NCBI RefSeq assembly: GCF_964204865.1 | Contig: NC_135261.1 | Coordinates: 18,910,001-18,974,000 of the forward strand | Direction: 5' to 3' | Origin: Styela clava | Taxonomy: Eukaryota | DNA: 64,000 nt | Shown here: positions 51,436-64,000 of the stretch, one piece after another | Layout of the letters: the number at the start of each line of letters is the position of its first letter | Position numbering within the stretch: the stretch's first letter is position 1 | The notes under the pieces: model-generated | What the model was told of the DNA's origin: nothing | Database searches by the model: none | What the model saw: the letters and a program-made list of their open reading frames with translations, nothing else | Program-made: the position numbers and the translations under genes

Positions 51436-52090
51436 CTATGGCTTAGTAGTATACCTTCCATTGAATTTAGTCATTGAGTCATCAAAGTTTTGAAACGGAC
51501 AGTTCTGTCTCTTCTTCATAATGATTGATTTTAGGCATGAGAGCAAATCTTCAACGTTATACAACATGCATTCTTGTTGAGGTTTATTCGGTTTATCGAC
51601 ATACAGTTTCAACATAATCAAGTTGATTGTATCCCTTGAAAATGCATTCATAAGAGTTTCACCATGGATTTGTGCTTAGCTCAAGGAAAATAAAACAGCC
51701 AATAAATATCATAATCTCGTGTGTATCAGTTAGGACTATTTTTGATCTTTTCTCTTTTGCTTTGAAAATATATCCAATCTCTAGCTAGTGTAGTGAGTTA
51801 TCTGCAACAGCAAGCTGTATGGAAACAGCTTTAAAAAAATTGTGCGGAGTGTGATATCTGGATGAACCGTGCAAGATCTGTCTTGCCTGTTATTCATTTG
51901 TGGCTGTTCCACATTTGTCCATATTACAGTTATAACTGCATTTGGAGTAAGATCTGAAACACTACTTACTATTGATGTTGCTTTTAACATCATGGTCTTT
52001 GTTTGCTGAATGTTCTCGTTTATTATCTGAGGACAATTTAGGAATCCTCGGAGCAGAATTTTTGATTCTGGCTAATACTCTTGCACAGAG
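51436..52090 (-). pseudogene. piggyBac (PGBD-like) transposase fossil; partial copy at 63716-64000
   Basis: Frameshifted peptides IFLKLFPYSLLLQITHYTS, LTDTHEIMIFIGCFIFL and NAFSRDTINLIMLKLY...NFDDSMTKFNGR match the piggyBac pattern (F..lf...i...TN; Ei..FiG; MSRDRF; S-I-D-E-S-M-x-x-F-K-G-R); truncated by a hAT MITE end at ~51370-51437. Confidence 0.75.
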
Positions 52091-55000
52091 TGAATCTAAG
52101 TTCAAGGGAAAGAAATTTAACGACTAGATATATTAGTAATTCCACAGACAAACTAAATAATAAAATGGGTCTCACCAATTTCGTTTAGAGGCCTATTGAT
52201 ACAATTAGTTAAAAAAGTCTGTTGGTACACATATGACATGCACCATACTGACGGACGAAAACAGCTTTTATAATACAATCGAATGCTAGCTAATGCAACT
52301 GTAATCTAGATTCCTTCAAAACACTTGACTAGTGCTGCCCGTGTAACTGCAAATATGCAATACAGCCTTACAAAACACCTGCAAGAATTTCGTCTGTTTC
52401 CGCATCTCTACGCATCATATAAATAATAACGCTAAAGGCTTGGTGATGGATCACATGATAACCAAACCTAATGAAACATGCTAGAAACTCGGAAAAGGTA
52501 AAATAATAGCAAAAATAATAGCATTTATAAAACATATTTTTATTGCATACAAAGGGAGGAATGAGGAAGTCGCTGCCATTGGTTGAAGCCAAACTCAAAT
52601 CTATTTCAATCGCGCCACAGATGTGATTTTCACATTCATACAGGGTGTAAAAAAGTAATTACATGCATACATATTTATATCGAAAATAGTATTTATACCT
52701 CTGGATTACTATTCTTTTCTATATCTGATTGTAGCAAGCTTTCTAGAGTTGCCCAAAGTTAGGTAGCAAATCTGAAACCTAATTTACAGAATTCAAAGGT
52801 TCCGTCAATATTTTCATGTTAAACGGTTTCGTGCGCAATTATCATGCCCTTGATCAAAGATGCATCACATTTTCATACTAAGCTAGAAATAGTTCTTCAA
52901 CTAGAATTTGACATTAACTCCCTTGACATTAGCTAGTCACCAAGATGTCAACGGTGGCAATAGGATTTAAATTTTTGCGGCCGTTCAGACCCTTGTTTCA
53001 TTTAGATTTTCAGAAAGCCTGTTTCAAGTAATTTGGAAATTTTCTTTGTTTTTAATATTCCTTCATAAATCAAATCGTCTTTTCCATCGATTAATTGTTG
53101 TAACCATAGATTTCAAATTTTTAGTACAAGAAGATGATTGAAATTTTTTCTTAGTCCTGTAGGCCGGATATTTCACTGTAAACTTTGAAAATTATTTTAA
53201 TGAATGGAACACTTTTTTGAAATATCGACAAACTTTATTTAGCCACGCTATACTGTATTTGTAACGATTGTTAGCAAACTTTGCTCTCACTTAAATAACG
53301 AACCGATGAATCTGAATGAATCTGAAGAATGGACCTACAAGATGATTAAACACCATATTACTAGGATAAGATTGAAGTTTATTATTATATGTTGAGGGCG
53401 ATAAGGCATATTCAAGAAATCAAAAATTTAGTTCAGCATTTACCGTAATTGACTTGTGTACGGGTGCTCCTTATACGATTTTAAAACATTTGATATTAAC
53501 GTTGTATTGTATCACGCTTGAAATATGCTTACTTGGAACGACTTAAATCAGTTGTTCTCACGACGACAAGTTTTCAGCTAGAACCTAATTTGTGCTCAAG
53601 TGAACCATTAATAGATGGACACCTTAGGCACCTGTAGCTGCACCTATCTGTTAAACTTGACCAGTAAACAGTGTATAAGACTTCACTCGCCTACAACCGA
53701 CACTACAGAATGCACGATTTGTTCAAGTTTTGTCAATACCTAGTATCTGCTGAATATCTACATATTTCGTACTCATTGCCACATTGTTGCCCGAGCATCT
53801 CCTAACCAACTCTTCGTTCTTAAACAGTCAGTCTCCAAACTACATTTTCTTGCCTTCCACATGCATCCGACATACTGATACCTACATTATATATTTTGAT
53901 AATGACGAAAGTAGAATTGATTATTTGTCTTAATCTCTACATCAAAGTTTCCTATATTTTTTTTCATCCCGTCTTTCTGCATCTTTTATTTCGATTGTAA
54001 TTGAAGGGTGAGTCAATTGAAACACCCTATGAGTTTTACTGGAGTTTCCGATATACACTCCTATGTCCTATAATTGTAACAAATTTCACAATTACAAAGT
54101 CCCGAATAAATTCCTTAATAATGACTTATTATTGGTTTAGCATTTTCGCATCCCTGGCGCTGTGATGTTTTGATAAATACGATTTCGACTGCACCATACT
54201 TGGCAGAGGTATCGAGATAAATTCTGTAAATACAATCGTGAATTTTAGAGTAACCATTTATAATAGTGGTTGTGGTGTTGTTCTGTTGGAAAATAACACA
54301 AGAAAACGTTGAAATAAAAATTAATTAATTAGGAATAATTATTAACCTTCTACTAGGCACAATCTCGCAAGTTCAATAGAAATTTTGGAATTTTGGCGAA
54401 ATTTTTTTTTTAGATGAGTGCGTTTTACATATATTGCTGAATAGAGCTCTATCATGAGTGAAGCTTTAGGGTCTAATGGTTAACAAAAAAAAAACAAGTA
54501 AAATGGCACCAGAATGACCGGCTGGAGAGGGTTTTAATACTGTATAACGATAAAGTAAAATATTCATTCCTGAGGAATTGTCTAATCGATCAATTTGATC
54601 GTCTGGCCTTGTCTATTGGTTTGCACGAGTTTAGGTTGATCATTTGTTACTTGCGAGATTTGTTACTTATTATTACCTAAGCCGTTGTATTCAGGAAATT
54701 CTTTGTCTCAGTTTTAGGAAAAGTATTTTGATGAAACAGACTGTCCAAATAGCAGCCCAATTGGGAGATAAATTCAAAGAAAGCTTATAAATACTCACTA
54801 AACTAAGGAAAGAGGGCGTGAACAGAAGTCTTTCACTTCATATGGGATAGCACTGATATCAGTGTCTGGTGTGCTATCTGTTTTACATAGGGTTTGCTCA
54901 CATAATGTTCGTTCTCAGATAAGGCCTCACTTAATGTTCGTTCTCAGATAAGGTAAACATGATACATTGTTGATATTGACGTATCCTTGAGGACCCTTAG

Positions 55001-57555
55001 GTAATTTATTGTATGCTTCTGTACAATCAATAGGGTTGAAATTGTCAATAAGGCTTGGATGTGGGTCTTAGATGTATATCAGCATGATTCAAAGTATAAT
55101 GACGTAGTTGTAAAACCGCCAATTTGAAAAGGATATACGACCTGGCGTGAAAGTTGAAAAAAAATGAATACCCACATAAGTATTTACATCCGAAAATACC
55201 TGTGCAATGACTATCATTGCTATTATCAATAAAATGCACGAAAGGTCGGGTAGAATATTAACCTTGTAGGAAGAGGTTCCTAATAACGGTAACTTCAATA
55301 CGTTAGCAACTATTTCGGTTGATATATCACCTATTGTGATAGATGTTCTTCCCGCCTAGAAATTGACTTAATAACTTATATGGGTAATGTTTAGCCAAGA
55401 GCTTGGTATTAGTAGTTAGAATACTTTCAATATGTCATTCCAAATAAATGTTACTGCATACGGTGTAAATTTTTTAGTTACCTTGAAACCCTTTCAGTAT
55501 TTTCTTGGATAAAACCAAGACGAGGAGAATGTTCGGAAGAATTTCTAACAGTATATTCGGAATCGATTTGGGACATTTAAGACTGAAATGGATGACCCAT
55601 TAAATATGATGCGATGCTGGGAAGTTTCAGCAGTTAATTTGATTAGAGAAATTTTAATGTATATTGAGTTTGATAAAATTTATTTGTTATTGGGAACAAA
55701 CAATTGACGCTATAACCCTAACGTGCATCGGCCGGTTTTAACCTGCGTTAAAGGAGGCCCCAATCTTCACAATATTAACCGATGGATTAGTCTATCATTA
55801 TAGAAGTCAGTTTACTCGAATGTACCACAAAGGAGAAACAATTACTATACCATTTTGTTGATGATTTTCGACGAACATACGTTTTCAGTGCTGTATTCCA
55901 TTTGTTTACGTTTATTGGCTTGGTTTACACGACGAATACAATGTTTAATATTTATATTTAAGCGAACTTCGAATAATGAAAAGTATAGGTGAAATGAGTT
56001 TGCAAAAATACTTGCAAGTGTTAAATATCCGATATATGTAGAAGTTTAGGTTACCTATAAAATTAAAGATGAACGCTCATTGTGAACTATCTGACCAAAT
56101 GCATATATCTGTAAACCAGCCGGAGGAGTGTATTTGTTGACCTGAGCATCAGTTTTAATCCCAATTTTAAAATAATGTTCAAGTTATATTTATTAGTTTC
56201 AATTAATCTCAAAATGGTAGTTCCATGGATTTTTGTCAAAAGATTCATCTCCCGAAGGATCAATCAAGGCATCTAAAAGCATCAATATTTCTGTAAACGA
56301 TTCACAAATACTTTACATGCAATATCGACTTAGATTTAAATATCTTATTATCAAAGGTACTTAATTGGGCGCCATCAATATTTCAGAGTTTAAAGTGCAT
56401 TCGTTGAAACTACTCATGGTGGTATCAGAGGTTTAATAGCCTGGGTTCAAATTAGAGCCGTAGCCAATAATTTAAATGGGGGTATGAAATTTCCAATTGC
56501 CAAGTTAAACTGTATGTAACTGGGCCGGGAGGCGTGAATTTGTAACAGTCTTTTGAGGGTCTAAAAAGCGTTTCTATATATAATACATTTTTTTTTATAT
56601 TCTACAAATAGGGGCTCCAACCCGCAGCCACATGAGCACACCTCTGCTAAACAGAATCATAGAAAATAGATCAGTAACATTTTGGGAGAAGAACGTAAAT
56701 CAATATTCTTTCGCTAAACTATATTTCAATTTAAGTGAACACTGGTCCCCCAAAATACATACGTGAACACTACTAAGTCCATCTTATTCATTTAATACAA
56801 GTCATTTGTAAACCCTGTGGAAATGTGTTATAAATTTAGAATATGAGCGTATGATACCATACATATTCCAACATTTTCGTTCAACAGATTGAATGTAAAA
56901 ATAGACTATAATAAAGAATTATCGCTGCCGATCCTCTTTACTACTTTGCTTAGTATCTTTTTTAAGTTATTTGATAAACAGCGATAGGCCTGGCGTAACC
57001 TAAAATATGCATCGGTTATTTCTATGCTTTGTTGAACGTTAATGTGTGCAATTTAAACATTTTTGATTTGACTTTTGCAATCTTTCGCCCCAATGTTATT
57101 TAGTAGTTTGTTTTACTTTTCGTTGATTTTTAATGGGTCAATGACTTTGAATATTTTTGCCTTTGTAACGGTTTATTTTCAGCAACAAAATAAACATCTA
57201 AACGGCAAATCCACATGGAATTGTGCTCATCACAGCTCTGTTTTGCAAAACAGCATCCGCATGCCGCAAAATTGTAAATATATCGAAGTGAAGTTTAGAT
57301 AGTTTCGCTCCAGATGTTTAATATTCATTGAACATTAAATCGTTTTTGATCTCTCACCAGCAGTTTCTACATATATACAACAAGCAAATTGAATTCCAAG
57401 AAAATGTTTGTAAGGTAACATAGAGCTGTAAGTTCATGATAAAATACATTTTTCCATTGTTTTCAAATTGCAAGTATTTATGCTCGGATTACTGCAAAAT
57501 ATTGCTATTCATGAAGTATATATATATAGTGCGTTGATTTCGATAACACTTGATA

Positions 57556-60332
57556 ACAATCGTGACTCAATTATCTTCTGAGCTTGATAAAGAACGACAG
57601 AGCTGCAGGGAACAAATAACAGTATTAAGAATCGAACAAGAAGAATTGAAACATAATTATGAAACAGAACTTAGTAATATTCAAGACGAATGGTCTTCGA
57701 AATACCAAAAACTTCAGGATGATATGGAAAATACAATAAAAGAAGAATTGAAGGTAGGTTTTTCCCTAATCAATTTAATTCAAGAGTCTTTCTGCACACC
57801 AACACAAATGTATTTCTGGAATGTTTCGTCTAACCAAGGTCAGACTTCCTCAGACAAAGACAAGCTTGTTATAGTCATCTTCACTCTTGAACAGCATCCT
57901 TACGTTATTTGCATACAGATTCACTTGCGCATACCTCGGTTAGACGAAACGTTAGAGAAATACATTTGTGTTAGTGTGCAGCGAGACTCTTGGATTAAAT
58001 TGAATAGTCATCTTTACTCTTGCTGCAGCATCCTTGCATCATACGCTTATGGATCCACTTACGCAAAGAACAAGGAACGGTAGTTTCATGTAACCCCAAT
58101 TGATAGTTTTTCCCTAATACTGTTGTTTTAATACTTAGATGATGGTGACAATCCCAAGAAATTGAAATCACCTTATCAAATGGTTCTATAATATATTTTT
58201 ATTTTATAAATTACATATTATAATTATAACTTATTATGGCAAAGTGAATGCATCTACCATTGTTACTATTCTTGTATTGTGATATATATACAGGGTGAAC
58301 CTCAAAAAAGAACCCATAAATTTCCTAATTTCGTCTATGAAAATGAAGGAAATTTATTTACCACTTGAACTTCCATTTGTGTATGATCATACCCCAAAGT
58401 TTCAGTAATCTAGGACATTTTGCACAAAAGTTATGTTTTCTCTAGATTGTGTTCCAAATCACTTGATTTTGTTTCCTTTTCGGTCACCCCGTATAGCAAA
58501 TGTGTCTTAGATTTGTGACAGGCTACAGTGTTTGCTTAGCCATTTAATAATCACAGCTTAGAAATACTAGTATCAGAAATTTGAATTGAATTTTTTTACT
58601 GTTTACCAGGAAAGAATCAAACCTTACATAAATGCAAAATCAGAAGTTGACAGCTTGACTACTGTTTTGGAAATGAAGAATCATACAATACATCAGTTGG
58701 AAGCAGAGGTAGTAAAAACCTAGAATATATTGTTCACTATATACAGGACCAAGAAGGTTTGGCCTCTTTTTCTTCTTTAGTTGTGTTTGATATAGGAAAT
58801 TCATCCATAACATTCAAAATTGATTTTATTTATTATTCTGATTTCAAGTGAATACTTTACAAAATTGTCTTGTGATTTTGAAATGTATTAGAAACAGTTA
58901 ATGTGTTTTTGGTCATTTCTGATATTTACCTCCAATACAAAATATCCTCAATTATTCGGAAAAGAGACTGCTATTTTTGTTCATCCCTCAAATACTATCT
59001 TCTTCATTCAAAATGTTATTGTAACATCCATCTTGATACAGAATATTATACTGGTGCTTTTACATTTCAGCTTTAGCATCAGACAATATCCTGATATTTG
59101 ATTTTTATTCTACTGATATTGATGAAAACAAAGAAAATTATTTTTCTGTATTGTCTCTTGGCATTTACACACCTAAAATTGTTTCAGAATAAATAAGAAT
59201 CTCATATTTTATTTTTGTCTTTCATATTTTGCAAAGATTATTCAAATTTAATAAATGTTTTGCTTTTACTACAGTGCTCTAAATATTCAACTCAAACTGA
59301 TCAAGTCAATTCACTAAATTATAAGATCGACCAACTTCGACAAAAGAACGAAGACTTGTCTATGCAACTACATGAAAAAATGGATGAAACTAGGTACATT
59401 GTTTGGGGTAAAATTAGGGGGAACATTGTAATGATTAAAGTCAGGTTTATGACACCTACATTTCTTTTTTTTATATATAATAGCTCTGTTGTGTTGTCTA
59501 CTGCTATTCTTGTATTCAAAAAGTAAAATTCTGGAGTTTGACTCTCAGATTTCATTTCTATTTGGCCTTGTATTTCCAAAGGATGTTGATGAGCTATACC
59601 TGACATTGGCAAACTGTGGGCCAAATCCGGCCTATTAGGTAATTCAATCTGACCCGCCTGATGCTGCCACAACCAAACTAAAACCAAATTTCGATGTTTT
59701 AGATAAAATATCGCTCGAGGAATTTGAGATTGCGATTAAATTTAGTTTTGGCACATTGAGGCTCATTGTTTCCACCTTTGGCTTTTGTGACACTGTAAAT
59801 GTTGTTCATAAAATGTAACTTATTATGTCACACTTACATGGCCCGCCAGTCTTAAGTGGATCAAATCTTTGGTTCTTTGTCCAAAAACCTTGCACACACC
59901 CCTGAGCTATACGCTAGAAATTCCTCCGAAATGGCTTTTATATGCCAGACTCCCACAGTCTTGACATGAATGCTCCTGACATAGATATATGAACTTTCAT
60001 TTTATAGAAATATGTCCGTGGAAAAGCAAAAATTACAACAATCCATGAGTGAGGAGCAAACTCGTTTAACAAGACTTCGATAGCATAATGAGGAATTGCA
60101 ATATCGACTTGATTCACTCAGCCCTTCGCCGTCACCATCCTTTAATCCAGTCTTTACAACATCCCCTACAGTTGTCGATCCTCCTAATGCATTTGGGTCT
60201 ACACCACGTAATCCTGGTTTAAAAAGAGCTGCAAATGGTAACGGCAATTCGTTATCTTATGATGATAAGCTGTGTCGATCCTTATCTTACAACTATGCGG
60301 ATGAAGGAAATGCTGTGAATAACTCACTGTGA
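57556..60332 (+). pseudogene. 5'-truncated duplicate of the last four exons of the MTUS-like gene
   Basis: Begins mid-exon (equivalent to ~45212) with no acceptor in frame; exons ...57753, 58610-58708, 59275-59393, 60008-60332; nonsense CAG>TAG at 60081-60083. Confidence 0.85.
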
Positions 60333-63300
60333 ATGTGAGACGAATTTAGCCCGTTTGCCTGAGCATCAGGAACCAATGTGCACACTGCGATATAAGAAGC
60401 TGATTGGATTGAAGAAATGGATGCGGTTGTACTACATTCTGATTTATGCAATATATAGGCAATATCATTGTACTTGTATATTTAAACATAAGTCATGTGG
60501 GAATGTCAAAAATATGGTACATAAATGTGTATGCGCACCTAGCACTTTATTAATCGTCATTTTGTGTTTGTGCTGCTTATTTTGACAATCACTGGACTAA
60601 AATCAATTTCTACGTCTACGGTAAACGTGGGGAATAGGGTTTGCACTGGCATCATTGGATTTGCTAACGTCAACACTGTAAAAATAATATATGTCCGTAC
60701 TTAGAAGCATGGTGCTGTTATCTGCAATATTTGAAAATTGTCAATCGTGTCATGCGGTTCATGGTATTTAATGTTTCATTTATTTTCAAATTTATATGCC
60801 TTTATGCATTGGAGTTATTTCCAAAATTTGTTTTCATATGGCTGTTTAACTTATCTAAATTACAGAATAGACTCTTCTAAAAAATGCTGTTAGATTTGTT
60901 ATGTAACAACTCGCTTGTACGAATGGTCTAGTATTTTGCATGTTTTGTGCAATAAATATAGCTGTAAATACTTTGCGTTATAAGCTTTTCATCCTATCAA
61001 ATAAGCAAAGGGATGGATATATTCAGGTACTTAAAGTCAGCTTCGAATTAATGTTTTATTCTTGCAAAACTTCGAAAGGTTGATGCCGAGTACTATCCAT
61101 ATTACAATTCAATAAAACCACACATTTAGTTTACAATTAGTCTGTTGCCGTAAACAAGGAAATGTCTTTATGAGACAAAACCTTCAATTTTCTTCCGAGT
61201 ACGATAACAAACAAAGACAATTTTAACCTCTGAACTCTGCCTAGGTAAGCAATGGTAGTATATTTCAAAAGCAAAACACTAAATCAGAAAGAAACATTTG
61301 GCCGTTCTGTAAATTTCGAAACATTGGAAATAAGGATTTTTAGAAGGATATTTTATTTTGACTATATTAAATGACATCATTGCCGATTTTGTCATTCTTT
61401 TAATGGGCAATGCAACACTAAGGATTCCCGACCGAATACACCCGCACAGGATTATGCAACGAGTCCGTTCGGAGTTTTTATTTAACACCTAAATGATCCA
61501 AGCAGGAGAATTTCAACGATCGCTTTCAGCCTTTCACAAATATTCACATCCCGGAGACTGTACTGACTCGTGACACACTATGTTCGTTTGAGTATGAGAG
61601 GGTTAATTTATAACTGTGAGACTAATTTATCAACGATGAGACGTTGGATAAATTAATTTCATTTGCGAATTCGTCGCTGCCGCCTAAACACTCGAAAAGG
61701 AAGAACTGACAGTGAGATAGTTCGATCACCTCAGATTGGGGTGTTGGTCGCTAAATAATCGAGCAATAATCAGCGATTATAACAACATCAGGATAGAATA
61801 CGATCGACGTGTTTATACGGGGGCAGGAAAGCCTATAAGACAACCACGGCTTCTCGCTAGTTACCAGTTCATGTCGGGTGAAGGCTTAGTTAGCCAGTTA
61901 TTTGTTTTAACTGCATGGACCTTGCGGTAGAAGAACCCGTAACCGACCAGCGATTACGTTGACAAATGGACTACTTAGTCTGGTGAATGTGCAGAAATTC
62001 ATACCCTATTGACTGAATACGGTTTCATTTCCAATAAGCTTGCGAAAAATCAGCTTTCCTTTTATAAAGTTCAAGTTGCCCCCCTGGTTGTAACTGTTAT
62101 TAACGGCGGGGCAGAGGCGTAGCCAGCATATTTTGCGCCCGGGGCAAACTATAAAATTGGCGCCCCGACCTCCACGTTTAATCAGATTTTCTATTACATT
62201 TACTTGCAAATGTAAAAACAAATTATATATGCAAATTCAAATTTATATTTACTTATATATTTTATTATTTATTCAACAATGGCTATATATAATTCCTGTG
62301 CAATTTTTTCTAAATTGGTCACTATTGATTGACAGCCAAAAATGCCAGCATACGATAAAGAACTTTTTTTCACCATTTGGTGGAGACTTTTATCTAGTTC
62401 ATACACACCAGTCATCTGGCTCGCTCTATCAACGACACTCCACGTTTGTATCCATCAATCTAACTGCTAACGTTTCATTCGAATTGCAGCTAAATTCGGA
62501 ATCACCACGGCCAAGTTTTTCTTTGAAAAGATTTATTCGGGTTTTGATAGATGTTCTTAAGTAAAAAATCTGTCAATTACCACGGCAATATCTTCACCGC
62601 CTGGTATAGTAGACAGTGAAGGCTTTAACAACCTTCTCACCTAATCGATTGTTTCGGCCTCGCATTCAAAGCTTTCTTTATCCAACGTTTTACAGGCTTC
62701 AAGAAAAGATATTGATCAATACAATAATTGTGTGCTCGATGTACCTTTTTATCCATTCTGAAACTACCGAGACGATATACAAGATAATTATAAAAATTAC
62801 GTCAATTAATTTGGTATTGAAAACAATAAATTTTCATGCTTCCTTTTTCTTTTACTTGACTTTATTGTTTCTCCTTTGAGGTCCGCGGATTGGCGGGGTA
62901 ATTGTGGGTGATAATGATTTTATATTGTCGTAAGTCACTCATCCGCAGGTTGAATTGAACACAATGAACCAATAAACAAGGCATTTGAACATGCGCGCAT
63001 CGGTCAATGATTCCGCAATTGTGAATTGTATTCATTGAGATGTGAGAACAACTCAAATTTGATGAATCCCAAGATAACAAAAACACGATTCCAATCTATT
63101 TATAGTTGGCAGTTCAGCACTTATTCTAAGTTATTTTAGGTCGGGCCTGAAATGTCAATCATTACGTCCGGGTGGGGCTTCTCTATCGCTCAATTTTTTT
63201 TTAAATGAGGCGTTTTGGCCACGGTCTGCAAAAAACAGAAGTTGTCTTATCAACACGACACATACTGTACTAAACTCTTGCAATGAAAATTCAAAGAACT

Positions 63301-64000
63301 CCTAAATAAGATATGAAAATTTCTGGTTTGCTTCGGTCTCGGGCCTGAAAATCCAGTCGGGCTGGTTGCTGGAATTTTTGGGTCCGATTTTACTTCTGAC
63401 TTATCCACTGAAAAAGTTCATTTCAAACAAGTGGCCTAATCGCGAATAATGTTGCCCGGGAATTTCCAAATTTTAATTTTGAACCCTCTCCTCTCTTAAA
63501 AAATCCTGACTGCGCTTCTGCTTCTAGATACTGTCAAATTTGAATTACCCACTCGTTGCCATATTTCGACTCCACTGTCGTCAAATTTTAATATCGGTGT
63601 TTTTGCTTATTAACAGTTACAGAATAACCAAGTCCTTATTTTGATCGAACATCTCGTGGAGCCCTTAGGTTTCTCTCGCGGATCCCTGGGGCTCCGTACG
63701 GAGCACTTTGAGAACCTATGGCTTAGTAGTATACCTTCCATTGAATTTAGTCATTGAGTCATCAAAGTTTTGAAACGGACAGTTCTGTCTCTTCTTCATA
63801 ATGATTGATTTTAGGCATGAGAGCAAATCTTGAACGTTATACAACATGCATTCTTGTTGAGGTTTATTCGGTTTATCGACATACAGTTTCAACATAATCA
63901 AGTTGATTGTATCCCTTGAAAATGCATTCATAAGAGTTTCACCATGGATTTGTGCTTAGCTCAAGGAAAATAAAACAGCCAATAAATATCATAATCTCGT
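57556..64000 (+). repeat. Direct segmental duplication of 45212-51720, running off the window end
   Basis: Offset 12345 at the start and 12280 from the last exon onward; identical ORF calls recur in the ORF track. Confidence 0.95.

Noticed and set aside
55045-55298. Hydrophobic minus-strand ORFs suggesting a membrane-protein exon
   Set aside because: No consistent splice sites or recognisable family; AT-rich DNA readily yields such peptides
57550-58083. 177-aa ORF as a new chimeric gene
   Set aside because: It starts at a TTG, consists of a truncated duplicated exon reading into intron sequence, and has an in-frame stop just upstream

Overview
AT-rich, intron-containing animal genomic DNA. 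The gene architecture and repeat types suggest a marine invertebrate, possibly a tunicate (inference); most ORFs in the supplied track are spurious. (1) 731-15447: a ~14.7-kb block bounded by ~145-bp inverted repeats. It holds a tandem duplication, and each copy carries an intact 3-exon minus-strand gene for a small secreted basic protein (109 and 103 aa) with an 8-cysteine framework I cannot assign to a known family. (2) 15450-20100: decayed LINEs, SINEs, MITEs and a 16-bp minisatellite with a 96-bp higher-order repeat. (3) 20447-48052: a 17-exon plus-strand gene (~810 aa, every junction phase-checked by hand) for an MTUS1/MTUS2/CCDC69-family coiled-coil protein. It has an internal alternative first exon predicting a lipid-anchored ~345-aa short isoform, and an intronic Penelope remnant carrying a minimal hammerhead ribozyme on the sense strand. 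(4) 57556-64000: a 5'-truncated tandem copy of the gene's 3' end and downstream flank, with a nonsense codon. Many hAT/Tc1 MITEs, a tRNA-type SINE family and a piggyBac fossil are interspersed. No CRISPR array, rRNA or tRNA gene was seen.
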